DNA of 64,000 nucleotides from Candidatus Heimdallarchaeota archaeon. Lineage in GTDB: Archaea; Asgardarchaeota; Heimdallarchaeia; Heimdallarchaeales; Heimdallarchaeaceae. Location: NCBI GenBank assembly GCA_018238545.1, contig JABCTC010000002.1, positions 1 through 64,000 on the forward strand, given 5' to 3'. This document shows positions 9,140 through 17,997 of this stretch, one piece after another. A model generated the notes under the pieces. That model saw nothing but the letters and a program-made list of their open reading frames with translations, had not been told where the DNA came from and made no database searches. How positions within the stretch are numbered: position 1 is the first letter of the stretch; every line of letters begins with the position of its first letter. The translations under genes were made by a program, and so were the position numbers.

Positions 9140-9364
9140 ATGGTTTATACAATATACAACGGAGTTCTAACCGGTGGTTGGCTTACATTTTTCTTAGTGC
9201 TATTTTCAATCTTGACTGTAGCCTCAATAATTTGGTTACTTCTTTACATAGAGATGTCTCAGAGACGAACTTGGAAATTAACAACTTTAATTGTAGTAAT
9301 AACTAGTTTAGTTACAGCTTTTGAGGTGCAACTCATTTTACTAGTACTTGGAGTAATCATCTAG
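9140..9364 (+). CDS. Small hypothetical membrane protein (two predicted TM helices).
   Basis: 74-aa ORF with two long hydrophobic stretches in an intergenic position. Support is weak. Confidence 0.3.
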   Translation: MVYTIYNGVLTGGWLTFFLVLFSILTVASIIWLLLYIEMSQRRTWKLTTLIVVITSLVTAFEVQLILLVLGVII

Positions 9365-9514
9365 ATAATATCTTTTTTCCACTCTTATTTTCTTTTATAT
9401 TCAACATTTTTGCTATTTTACCACTTCCTCCATCGGCAATCATAAAAATATTAAATAATCATAAGAATATAGGCACAACAAGACACTAATTTTTAAAGTG
9501 TCAGAAAAAGCTCA

Positions 9515-10375
9515 GTGGTGAATATGAATAAAGAAACTTTTCTGAAGTATCTTAACAAGAAAGATCTGCTTCCTCTCATACCAAATGCCACTGCAAAAAT
9601 CAAAAAATCTTCTGAAGAGGATATTAAAAAACTGATTCTTAAAAACTTAAAAAATAAGAAAATTACATCCTCTAAAATACGGAAAATCTGGATTCTATCA
9701 TTACAAAATATGTTTTTTGACGTTTATCAAAAAACCTTTCAGATTACACCTTCTAAAAAATTCGATACTACTACGAAAATTAAAAACACAATTCAAAAAA
9801 GCTTAGATTCTGCAATTAAAGACACTGAACAAATATCGTATTCAATCTACACAGCAAAAATAAGCTCTAAACCATTACATTACGCAATTCTGCTAACTTT
9901 CGAAGAAGTAACTGATTTTAACAGTTATTTACTATTGCCTTTAGAAAAACAAATTATGATTTCAATCTTTCCTGAGATTGGATTATCGATTTGTTGGCCA
10001 TCTAGTAAAGATGATAGCCACAAAATCCTCATAAAAGCTCTTTCTTTAACATTTGAAAATGTGTCAGAAGTCAAGATAAATGCGCTTTTCCTAAGAAAAT
10101 ATACTGCTCAAGAAACAATAACAAAATTGGTGATCTCAACGCCTCAAGAGATAGCAGGGTTTGCTGGGTTAGATGTTATAGAATTTAGGGGACCTGATGT
10201 TGTTATTGGTTTATCTGGATTAAAGAGAAGGCATGATGCAAACGTTGATGTAATAACGCGAGTTGGACCTTTTACTGAAATAGAATCAGAGACAATAAAC
10301 TTAATCTGTGGAAAAGGAATTAAGGTAAAAAATTATGAGGGAATAAACAATCTGGTAAAAGTCTTAAAATCATGA
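9515..10375 (+). CDS. Hypothetical protein, 286 aa, Lys-rich N-terminus. I recognise no motifs.
   Basis: Intact ORF in this AT-rich genome with no conflicting ORF on the other strand. Confidence 0.4.
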   Translation: MVNMNKETFLKYLNKKDLLPLIPNATAKIKKSSEEDIKKLILKNLKNKKITSSKIRKIWILSLQNMFFDVYQKTFQITPSKKFDTTTKIKNTIQKSLDSAIKDTEQISYSIYTAKISSKPLHYAILLTFEEVTDFNSYLLLPLEKQIMISIFPEIGLSICWPSSKDDSHKILIKALSLTFENVSEVKINALFLRKYTAQETITKLVISTPQEIAGFAGLDVIEFRGPDVVIGLSGLKRRHDANVDVITRVGPFTEIESETINLICGKGIKVKNYEGINNLVKVLKS

Positions 10376-10439
10376 TTTGGTTATGTTAAACCCCGTTTTT
10401 CGAGTACTTTCCTATTTTGCAACTGCGACACCTAAACAA

Positions 10440-10448
10440 TTATAATAA
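10440..10448 (+). promoter_or_regulatory. Possible TATA element (ttataataa) upstream of porG.
   Basis: A/T-rich TATA-like sequence ~45 bp upstream of the ATG at 10491. Sequence reading only. Confidence 0.2.
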
Positions 10449-10490
10449 GAAGTGAAATCTACGAAACATCATAATTTTAGGTTATAATAG

Positions 10491-11048
10491 ATGATAGAAG
10501 TGATACAAATAAGTCGTGGTGGAAGCGGAGGAGTAACGGGAGCAAAGATTCTAGCTGAAGCTGCAATAATGTATGAAGGACTTTATGCTCAAGCGATACC
10601 AAAATATGGCTCAGAAAGAAGAGGGGCAATGGTCCAAGCTTATGTCAGATTTGATAATAAGCCAATAAGAATACACAGTCCTGTGTATGAAGCTAATCAT
10701 GCTCTAATACTAGACTTAAGCCTTCTAGATAGAATTGATATCAATTCAGTGGATAAAGAAGGTGTAATTATAGTTAACTCTAAAAAAATTCCTGAAAGTC
10801 TGAAGGGCAGTGGAAGAAAAGTTGCATATGTCGACGCAACAAGGATCTCACAAGAACTAGGATTAATATTAAGTGGGTTTACTTTAGTTAATATGACAAT
10901 GCTAGGTGCTTTTGTTAAAGGAACAAATGTTGTGAGCATAGATAATCTCGAAAAAGCAATAGTTAGTTTCTGGGGTGAAAAACGAGCACCTAAAAATGTT
11001 GCAGCAGCACTGCAAGCTTATGAAGAAACAAAGGTGGTAATTGCATGA
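10491..11048 (+). CDS. porG: Pyruvate/2-oxoacid:ferredoxin oxidoreductase gamma subunit.
   Basis: GGSGGVTGAKILAEAA...KYGSERRGA...YEANHALILD is typical of POR/VOR gamma. It is the first gene of a G-D-A-B operon. Confidence 0.8.
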   Translation: MIEVIQISRGGSGGVTGAKILAEAAIMYEGLYAQAIPKYGSERRGAMVQAYVRFDNKPIRIHSPVYEANHALILDLSLLDRIDINSVDKEGVIIVNSKKIPESLKGSGRKVAYVDATRISQELGLILSGFTLVNMTMLGAFVKGTNVVSIDNLEKAIVSFWGEKRAPKNVAAALQAYEETKVVIA

Positions 11049-11317
11049 CAAAAGGTCCAAGTTCCCCTATATTATTCCCAATTGAAGGTGCAGCTGGAAG
11101 AACAGGAGATTGGAGGACACACAAACCTGTTGTAGATCCAGAATTGTGCATAAAATGTAATATCTGTTGGAAATTCTGCCCAGATAATGCAATCTATCGA
11201 GCAGACAAAGAAAAAGATCAGATTATAAAATTTGATTATGAATACTGCAAAGGATGCGGTATATGTGCTAGTGAATGCCCGAGCAAGGCAATAAAAATGG
11301 TCTCAGAGGATGAATAA
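11045..11317 (+). CDS. porD: Pyruvate/2-oxoacid:ferredoxin oxidoreductase delta subunit (2x[4Fe-4S] ferredoxin).
   Basis: CIKCNICWKFCP and CKGCGICASECP cluster motifs; 4-nt overlap with porG. Confidence 0.8.
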   Translation: MTKGPSSPILFPIEGAAGRTGDWRTHKPVVDPELCIKCNICWKFCPDNAIYRADKEKDQIIKFDYEYCKGCGICASECPSKAIKMVSEDE

Positions 11318-12467
11318 GATGGTAGTGAAACATAATAAAAAATCAATGACTGGAAACGATGCCGCATCATATGCAGCACTCTTTGCAAAACCAAAAGTAG
11401 TATCAGCTTACCCAATAACACCTCAGACGACAATAATTGAAAAACTGAGTCAATATGTTGATGAAGGAAAACTTGATGCAGAATTTATTATTGTTGAGAG
11501 TGAGCATTCTGCTCTTGCTGGATGTATGGGCGCTGCTTGGAGCGGTGTGAGAACATTCACAGCAACTTCATCACAAGGTTTGCTCTATATGGCCGAGAAT
11601 GTTTTTTGGAGCGGTTATGGAAGATTACCAATCGTAATGCCAGTTGTAAACCGCTGTTTAGCACCTGGATGGTCTATTTATCAAGATCTCCAAGATTCAA
11701 TGGCATTTAGAGACGCTGGGTGGATTCAAATATATACAAAGAATAACCAGGAAGTTTTCGATACCGTACTTCAAGCATTCAGAATATCAGAGGATAAAAG
11801 TATAGCATTACCATCCATGCCATGCTTAGATGGTTTTGTAATTAGTCATACAACAGCTCAAGTTGATCTTCCAAGTGCTGAAGATTCTTTCAATTTCGTT
11901 GGTGAATATTCTGACCCAGTTATTGAAGTTGATACAGAAAAACCTTGGATTTTTGGTGGTTTAGTTGGTCCAGAGAAATTCATAAAAGACAGAACAGATT
12001 TGATGGAAGCAATGGAACGAGCAAAGAAAAAGATTGTTGATATGAACAAAGAATTGGGAGAATATTTCGGTAGGACTTATGGAAACGGTTTAATCGAAAT
12101 TTATGGTGATGACGTAGCTGATTTAACAATAGTTTCTATGGGAACCATAGCTGATGAAGCTCAAGATGCCGTAGATAAGCTAAAGGAAGAAGGATTAAGT
12201 GTCAATGAAATGAGAGTTAGAACTTTCAGACCATTCCCTGAAGAAGATATTGTTGAGTTTGCTAAGAAAAACCACAAATTACTCGTAATAGATCGATCAG
12301 TAAGTTTTGGTCATGCTGGACAACTACGAATTGAAATAGAAGCAGTATTGCATAGAAATAAGGTTGATACTTCAGTTGAAGGAAGAATCATGGGGCTTGG
12401 TGGAGAAGATGTTCCTTATACGAAAATTGTTGCTGCTGCTAAAGAAGCATTAAGGAGTAGGATGTAA
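11310..12467 (+). CDS. porA: Pyruvate/2-oxoacid:ferredoxin oxidoreductase alpha subunit.
   Basis: GNDAASYAAL...YPITPQT...ESEHSA...TSSQGL motifs of POR alpha; 385 aa. Confidence 0.8.
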   Translation: MNKMVVKHNKKSMTGNDAASYAALFAKPKVVSAYPITPQTTIIEKLSQYVDEGKLDAEFIIVESEHSALAGCMGAAWSGVRTFTATSSQGLLYMAENVFWSGYGRLPIVMPVVNRCLAPGWSIYQDLQDSMAFRDAGWIQIYTKNNQEVFDTVLQAFRISEDKSIALPSMPCLDGFVISHTTAQVDLPSAEDSFNFVGEYSDPVIEVDTEKPWIFGGLVGPEKFIKDRTDLMEAMERAKKKIVDMNKELGEYFGRTYGNGLIEIYGDDVADLTIVSMGTIADEAQDAVDKLKEEGLSVNEMRVRTFRPFPEEDIVEFAKKNHKLLVIDRSVSFGHAGQLRIEIEAVLHRNKVDTSVEGRIMGLGGEDVPYTKIVAAAKEALRSRM

Positions 12468-13370
12468 ATGAAAGTAACTCAAAAAGATTTGTTGAATATA
12501 CCTAAGAAAGCTCTCTTGAAAGGTCATTTTGCATGTGCAGGATGTGGTTCTACACTTGCTTTTAGACATGCGATTGGTGCAATATCTGATAAAGTGATTT
12601 TAGTTGTACCAGCAAGCTGTGCAAGTGTTTATCAAGGTGGTGGAAAAGGTGCAGCCTTTAACGTTCCAACTATCAATACTGCTTTTGCAGCAAGTGATGC
12701 CGTTGCGTCAGGTGTTAGACGCGCAATGAAAATGAAAGGATTGGACGACCGTAAAATTGTTGTATGGGGTGGAGATGGTTCAGGAGCTGATATTGGTATA
12801 GCTACCGAAATTGGCGCTTGTGATCGACAAGAAGATATTTTGCATATCATCTATTCTAACAATGTTTATGGAAATACAGGGGGACAACGTAGTGGTGATA
12901 CAATGATTGGAGCAAAAACTGCAACAACACCTTATGGTAATACAACTCCTAGAAAAATGGTTCCTTTTATCATGATGGCAAACAATGCTCGATATGTTGC
13001 AACAGCTAGTTCTGGTTATCTTGAGGATTTAGTTTACAAGGTTAAGAAAGCTGTTTCTATGACAGGTTTTAAACTAATTCAGATAGATGCACCATGCCCT
13101 CCTAACTGGAGATCTGATTCAGCTGATACAGTAAAAATAGCTCAACTTGCGGTGAAAACTGGTGTCTGGCCATTATTTGAATGGGATAGAGAAACTAATA
13201 TTGTGGAAATTAGTCGACCAAGTAAGAAATACGAGGATATGAACAATCGTGTAAACTTGACAGAGTGGACAAAATTGCAGGGAAGATTGAAAACCATCAC
13301 CGAAGACCAGCTCAAATCTTTGAAAGATGATACAGAACGTCAATGGAATTTCATAAGAAAATTCATGTAA
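12468..13370 (+). CDS. porB: Pyruvate/2-oxoacid:ferredoxin oxidoreductase beta subunit (TPP-binding).
   Basis: CAGCG (Cys cluster), GDGSGADIG TPP-binding motif, C-terminal PFEWDRE. Starts 1 nt after the porA stop. Confidence 0.8.
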   Translation: MKVTQKDLLNIPKKALLKGHFACAGCGSTLAFRHAIGAISDKVILVVPASCASVYQGGGKGAAFNVPTINTAFAASDAVASGVRRAMKMKGLDDRKIVVWGGDGSGADIGIATEIGACDRQEDILHIIYSNNVYGNTGGQRSGDTMIGAKTATTPYGNTTPRKMVPFIMMANNARYVATASSGYLEDLVYKVKKAVSMTGFKLIQIDAPCPPNWRSDSADTVKIAQLAVKTGVWPLFEWDRETNIVEISRPSKKYEDMNNRVNLTEWTKLQGRLKTITEDQLKSLKDDTERQWNFIRKFM

Positions 13371-13374
13371 GGCA

Positions 13375-13410
13375 ATTCTCTTCTTTTTTTACTCTTTTTC
13401 ACTTTCTGGT
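13375..13410 (+). terminator. Oligo-T tracts after the por operon.
   Basis: ttctcttctttttttactctttttcactttc lies immediately after the porB stop. Confidence 0.3.
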
Positions 13411-13421
13411 TACCCTCATCG

Positions 13422-14102
13422 ATGTTTTTAATAACTCTTTCACATCTGTTTTTACTGACAAGATTGAAAGAGAAGAGTGAAGTGGACGAACTATACCAGA
13501 TGATTTATGGATTTATTCAGAGTTCTATCCAGCTTAAGCGTTTACCTCGCCAAGGTTGGATAAGAGTTGGCATTTCTTTGTCTGATGTTGAAAGTGTTGC
13601 TGATCACTCTTACAATACAGCTATGCTCTCACTTCTGTTGAGCGACCTTCATAATGCTCTTCATCCAAACGATCCATTAAAAACTGAAAATGTTATGCGG
13701 ATCGCAATAATTCATGATTTACCAGAATGTCAATATCAAGACTTTGACAAACAACTGGAAATACTGCTGGGAATAGATCAATATACCGAATTTAAAAATC
13801 AGGTTCTCACAACTGCTAGCAACGAATTACTCTCATTAATTCTTGATGAAACTGTGAAAAATACTTGGAAAAACACATTTTCAGAATTAAGAGATAAAGA
13901 TTCAAAGGAAGCTAAATTTGTGGCTTATGTTGATAAGTTAGAGGTGCTCATTCAAGCTTTGTCTTATGAGGCACTAGGTTATCATTCCACTTTGTTTGAT
14001 GATTTTTGGAGAACATCTAAAGAGTATCTACTAAACTGCCCATTTGATGTTATTAATGACATAATCCCTGTTCTGGAAAGTGAAAGAAACAGCTTGAATT
14101 AG
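13422..14102 (+). CDS. HD-domain phosphohydrolase (YfbR-like 5'-deoxynucleotidase family).
   Basis: ADHSYNTAML (His/Asp) and IIHDLPE motifs of HD-superfamily hydrolases. Confidence 0.55.
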   Translation: MFLITLSHLFLLTRLKEKSEVDELYQMIYGFIQSSIQLKRLPRQGWIRVGISLSDVESVADHSYNTAMLSLLLSDLHNALHPNDPLKTENVMRIAIIHDLPECQYQDFDKQLEILLGIDQYTEFKNQVLTTASNELLSLILDETVKNTWKNTFSELRDKDSKEAKFVAYVDKLEVLIQALSYEALGYHSTLFDDFWRTSKEYLLNCPFDVINDIIPVLESERNSLN

Positions 14103-14259
14103 TTGGATCTAACAATAGTACACCTTCAATCGTTGAATTGGGAGAGAACTATAAAATATTTTTGTCATCTCGTCATATTAAACACACCAAAAATCAGTTT
14201 ACAGGGATGCCTTTAGGCGAATATTACCGGGGTTTTTATAAGAAAATACTTCTAAAAAA

Positions 14260-15510
14260 ATGATGACTAAGGTCCTACGCGTGGAGTGTATAGAACTAGA
14301 CTATCACCCCAATTTGAGCAAGATTTGTCATCAAGTTAAGAATCTCTACAATCGCGCAAATTTTCTGATAAAAGGTTCATTGAAGAACCAAAATAAACTC
14401 CTCTTCTACAATCATTTGGATACACTTCTAAAGCACGAAGAATGTTACCACGTCCTTCCTGCTCAAACTGCCCAACACACTCTCAAACTCCTCTGTAGGA
14501 ATTGGAAGGGATATTTTAGCGCTTTGAAGGAATGGAAAAAGAACCCTTTATTGTTCTTTGCTATACCTCAACCGCCTAACTATAAGCGTAAAGATGGGGA
14601 AGTAGTAGCTATCTTCACCAACCAACAAGCGCGGATAGTTAACGGTTGGTTGGTTCTCCCCAAGAAAGTAGGATACAGTTACAAAACAAGATTAACAGAG
14701 CACACAGAATTAAGAGAAGTGAGAATCATCCCCCGCAGACCAGGATATACACTAGAGCTAGTTTATAGGAAAAGTTTACCCAAACTCCTGCAGAAGAGGA
14801 TAAGAAAAGGTGCTGTCGATTTAGGGATGGATAACCTTGCAGCTTTTGTGGATAACCAAGGTGGAAAACCAATTGTTATCAAAGATGCAGGGAAAGGAAT
14901 AAAATCCATAACCCAATATTATTTGAAAAAACAGAAAAAATTACAGATACAGTATGCACAACAACAAAAAAAACAGCTGAAAGGAAAGAACAGATTGATC
15001 TATGGACAAGCTTACTACAAACTTAAGGAGAAGTGGAGGAGGAAATTGAAAGATGGAATTCATAAGTTAACGAGTTATTTGGTTGACTTGTGGGTCGAAC
15101 GCGATCTCCATGAAGTAATTATAGGCTATAATTCTCTGTGGAAACAAGGATTACATTTCTGGAAGAAAGTTACCCAGATGTTTGTCACCATCCCTTTTCT
15201 GAGAATCATCAATATCTTGAAGTATAAAGGAGCAGAACGAGGGATAAAGGTGGAAACCATCCCAGAACAATATACTTCTAAGAGCAGTTTCCTAGACAAC
15301 GAATTTCCCAAAAAACGAAAGAATTACAAAGGGAAACGAATCAAGCGAGGACTGTTCCGTTCTTCTAAAGGTTATATAATCAATGCTGATGTTAGTGTTG
15401 CATACAATATATTAGTCAAAAGCGATCCGAAAGCCTTGCCTAAACGCAGGGTGAACGGGGTAGGAGGATACGTGATGTATCCGCAGAGAGTGAGTATAGA
15501 ACTCTTGTAG
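14260..15510 (+). CDS. tnpB: TnpB-like RNA-guided-nuclease-family transposase accessory protein (IS605 OrfB family). RuvC-I/II/III catalytic residues are present; the zinc-finger cysteines are replaced.
   Basis: RuvC-I GAVDLGMDNLAAF, RuvC-II IPEQYTSK, RuvC-III INADVSVAYNI, and a C-terminal VNGVGGYV tail. Where TnpB normally has CxxC...CxxC, this ORF has SKSS...RSSKG. Confidence 0.7.
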   Translation: MMTKVLRVECIELDYHPNLSKICHQVKNLYNRANFLIKGSLKNQNKLLFYNHLDTLLKHEECYHVLPAQTAQHTLKLLCRNWKGYFSALKEWKKNPLLFFAIPQPPNYKRKDGEVVAIFTNQQARIVNGWLVLPKKVGYSYKTRLTEHTELREVRIIPRRPGYTLELVYRKSLPKLLQKRIRKGAVDLGMDNLAAFVDNQGGKPIVIKDAGKGIKSITQYYLKKQKKLQIQYAQQQKKQLKGKNRLIYGQAYYKLKEKWRRKLKDGIHKLTSYLVDLWVERDLHEVIIGYNSLWKQGLHFWKKVTQMFVTIPFLRIINILKYKGAERGIKVETIPEQYTSKSSFLDNEFPKKRKNYKGKRIKRGLFRSSKGYIINADVSVAYNILVKSDPKALPKRRVNGVGGYVMYPQRVSIELL

Positions 15511-15589
15511 TTATATATAATGATCTCTACGAAACTAGCTCAACCATGCTGTCTTAATATTGCAACATGACAAAAACCCATCATGAATC
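15511..15589 (+). ncRNA. Candidate right-end guide-RNA scaffold (omega/reRNA-like) of the TnpB element. The call is inferential.
   Basis: About 80 bp directly after the tnpB stop is conserved between the two element copies (~70 % identity) although it is non-coding. In characterised TnpB systems the guide RNA comes from this position. Confidence 0.3.
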
Positions 15590-15640
15590 AATTTATTAAA
15601 AATAAGGTGAACCTCAAATTGATATAATACCTTGAAAAGA

Positions 15641-15652
15641 TTTATTATACAT
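15641..15652 (+). promoter_or_regulatory. Putative TATA box (tttattatacat) ~30 bp upstream of the GTG start at 15682.
   Basis: A/T-rich TATA-like element at archaeal promoter spacing. Sequence reading only. Confidence 0.25.
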
Positions 15653-15681
15653 AAGGCATTTGATTTACTGCCATAGAGATA

Positions 15682-16878
15682 GTGGTGATTAAAATTAGTG
15701 AAAGCGACAAATACCATGAAATAGAGATTTCTCCTTATCATTTACCATTTTTGCGAGACCTTGGAATTAAAGTCGTTTCCATGATAGTTTTTGATATCAT
15801 CTATGGACCAGTTTGCTATATGAGAGAACTGTCACGATCAAATTTTGGAGACAAATTAAAGGATGTAAGTTCTCTTTCTGAAGTTTATACGGGTTTTGCA
15901 CGTACTAATGCTGATGTTATTACTAGTTTAGAAGAAAGAATAGTTATTGGCAGATACATTGTAAGAGAAGATGATGTAGAGAACATTGTTGTCCTTCTTC
16001 TAGTATGTGTTCCAACAGCTAATCTCGATAAATTAACTAAACATGCACGATCTCTATCTGAAAGAGCTAAAGGAAAGCCTGAATTACTTAATGAAGCTTT
16101 GAAACTTCTTATTGAAGCTGAAAAAACAGCTGTACAAAAGATACCTGTTTCAAGTCGTGATGGAGTTTTAACTAAAGGTATAACTATTAATGATACTTCC
16201 ATGGTAAGAGGAGATGAGTTTAACAATTTCTACGGTTTCTTATTTGTTCAATATCATAGAGCAGAAATGGACGGTAGATTCCTTCCCAAAATGGTTGATG
16301 GAAAAAAAATAGATTTACGTCATCTTTTCAAATTTATTGATACTCAAAAGAATGAAGCTGAGTTGAAAGAAGGTGATTTGATAAGCCTCTATTACAAAGG
16401 TTTAGAGCTACTGGTTTATCAACACATCGAGAAGGATGCTATCTTAATAGGAGCTAAGAAACCTCAGAGCCGAATTAATTATAGTTATATCGATGAATGG
16501 TTTAAAATATTGTTTAACTCTTACATCAATATTCCTGGGAATAGCAAGAAAGTATCAACCATCGAGGCAATAAAATTCTTGGACAAAAATGTCTCAAAGC
16601 AACCTAAGAAATACACAATTGATGAAATAATGGATCTTATTATAAACTCAGAAGATGATTATCCGGAGTTATCAAAAAGTAAGAATATTCTAAGACAACA
16701 GGGTTGGATTACTCTTCATAATAACTATCAACTTTTCTTAGAAAATTTAAATTTGATTAATGGAGATCGATCTGTTTATGGATTGAGTCAAGATTTATCT
16801 GTACCTGTTTCCGCGGTCGTAGAATTCATAATATTTCTTAAATCGAGAGAGTTCATAGACGTTTATAGGAAAAAATAG
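15682..16878 (+). CDS. Hypothetical protein, 398 aa, GTG start. I recognise no catalytic motifs.
   Basis: Long intact ORF directly downstream of the IS right end. An in-frame ATG at ~15783 is an alternative start. Confidence 0.4.
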   Translation: MVIKISESDKYHEIEISPYHLPFLRDLGIKVVSMIVFDIIYGPVCYMRELSRSNFGDKLKDVSSLSEVYTGFARTNADVITSLEERIVIGRYIVREDDVENIVVLLLVCVPTANLDKLTKHARSLSERAKGKPELLNEALKLLIEAEKTAVQKIPVSSRDGVLTKGITINDTSMVRGDEFNNFYGFLFVQYHRAEMDGRFLPKMVDGKKIDLRHLFKFIDTQKNEAELKEGDLISLYYKGLELLVYQHIEKDAILIGAKKPQSRINYSYIDEWFKILFNSYINIPGNSKKVSTIEAIKFLDKNVSKQPKKYTIDEIMDLIINSEDDYPELSKSKNILRQQGWITLHNNYQLFLENLNLINGDRSVYGLSQDLSVPVSAVVEFIIFLKSREFIDVYRKK

Positions 16879-16974
16879 CTACTGTTTCCCCTGTAATATT
16901 TTTGTTTTTCTAAAAAAACTATAATAAGATTAAAAATACCTTATGTATTCTTTAGCATATACTTTCCTATACTG

Positions 16975-17985
16975 GTGTACTTTATGAGAATGTACGAAGC
17001 AGAAGAATCATTATCTGATGAAAAAATTAACAAAAACCTAGATATATTACTGAAATTAGCAGCCTTAAAGGCATCCAAGATGTTTGAAAACCTAGATATT
17101 TACAACATTCTTAATCGCCCTAGATCTCCTGAAGAAATATTTCATATGTCCAATTTCAACACTTTAGAAGAGGAATTCGTTAGAATCTTTGATTTGCTAA
17201 CTTATAACGAATTATTAACAAAACAAGGAGAATTTTACGCTGAAAATCCTAGAAGAAAATTTCTGGAAGAGTATATGGAGAATGATATAAAAGAGTTTGA
17301 TAATAAGTTAATTACACATTTCAATTCATTGTTTGACCGTCTTGGTTCTATATATGAATCTATACTTAAGGGAGAGTCAAGCAAATTACAAGAGGTTGAT
17401 TTAATCAATTCGCTTGATTCTATATTAGGATCAGAATATTTCTTTCAACTACGTAGTTTATTCTTCAAAACAATATCTCAACGAATGTCATTATTTTTCT
17501 CCAAAGATAAGCTGACTTTTCTCAATTGGGGAAATGGTTCAGGTTATGATGCTCTACACTTAGCAGATTTTTATAGGCACAATGTCAAAGTTATCAGTAT
17601 AGAACCACCAAACTCTCTTCACAGGTGTCAAGTTTTACAAGACCTCTATGAAATTTATAATGTTGAGTTCATAGAATATGATGATTTCGAAGTAAAACAA
17701 TTCGCAAATTCTGTTGATTTAGTCGTTGGAACAAGTTTTCTCTTCAAAGATGATCTAATGAAATTTATAGATGTGAGTAAAATTGTTTTACTCGATGAAG
17801 GTTATTTGGCTTTACCTCTTATCCGAAAACTTTCTCTATCTTTTGACTGGATTATGGGTGTTTTTGAACCTTATTACTTCAATCTAGAAAGAAATGCATT
17901 CATTGCTAAATTGAAGCATTATGGAATTTCAAAATTAAAATACATCGGACTAGATGAAAGTTTTATTATGATGCAAAAAACATAG
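16975..17985 (+). CDS. Hypothetical protein, possibly a degenerate class-I SAM-methyltransferase-like fold.
   Basis: LNWGNGSGYDALHLADF weakly resembles MTase motif I (hh-D/E-hGxGxG). Otherwise there is no clear signature. Confidence 0.3.
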   Translation: MYFMRMYEAEESLSDEKINKNLDILLKLAALKASKMFENLDIYNILNRPRSPEEIFHMSNFNTLEEEFVRIFDLLTYNELLTKQGEFYAENPRRKFLEEYMENDIKEFDNKLITHFNSLFDRLGSIYESILKGESSKLQEVDLINSLDSILGSEYFFQLRSLFFKTISQRMSLFFSKDKLTFLNWGNGSGYDALHLADFYRHNVKVISIEPPNSLHRCQVLQDLYEIYNVEFIEYDDFEVKQFANSVDLVVGTSFLFKDDLMKFIDVSKIVLLDEGYLALPLIRKLSLSFDWIMGVFEPYYFNLERNAFIAKLKHYGISKLKYIGLDESFIMMQKT

Positions 17986-17997
17986 AAGAAGAAAAAA

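Larger units (their letters stand above)
14150..15589 (+). mobile_element. Full-length TnpB-only insertion element (IS200/IS605-family OrfB / IS1341-like, no tnpA), ~1.44 kb, with short imperfect inverted terminal motifs. Boundaries are approximate.
   Basis: Left end ...atatttttgtcatctcgtcatattaa...aatattaccggggtttttataagaa. Right end, after the tnpB stop: gagtgagtatagaactcttgtag...gtcttaatattgcaacatgacaaaaacccatcatg. Both ends are shared with the degenerate copy at 4561-5320. Left-end tttttgtcatctcgtcatattaa is an imperfect inverse of right-end ttaatattgcaacatgacaaaaa. Confidence 0.6.
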
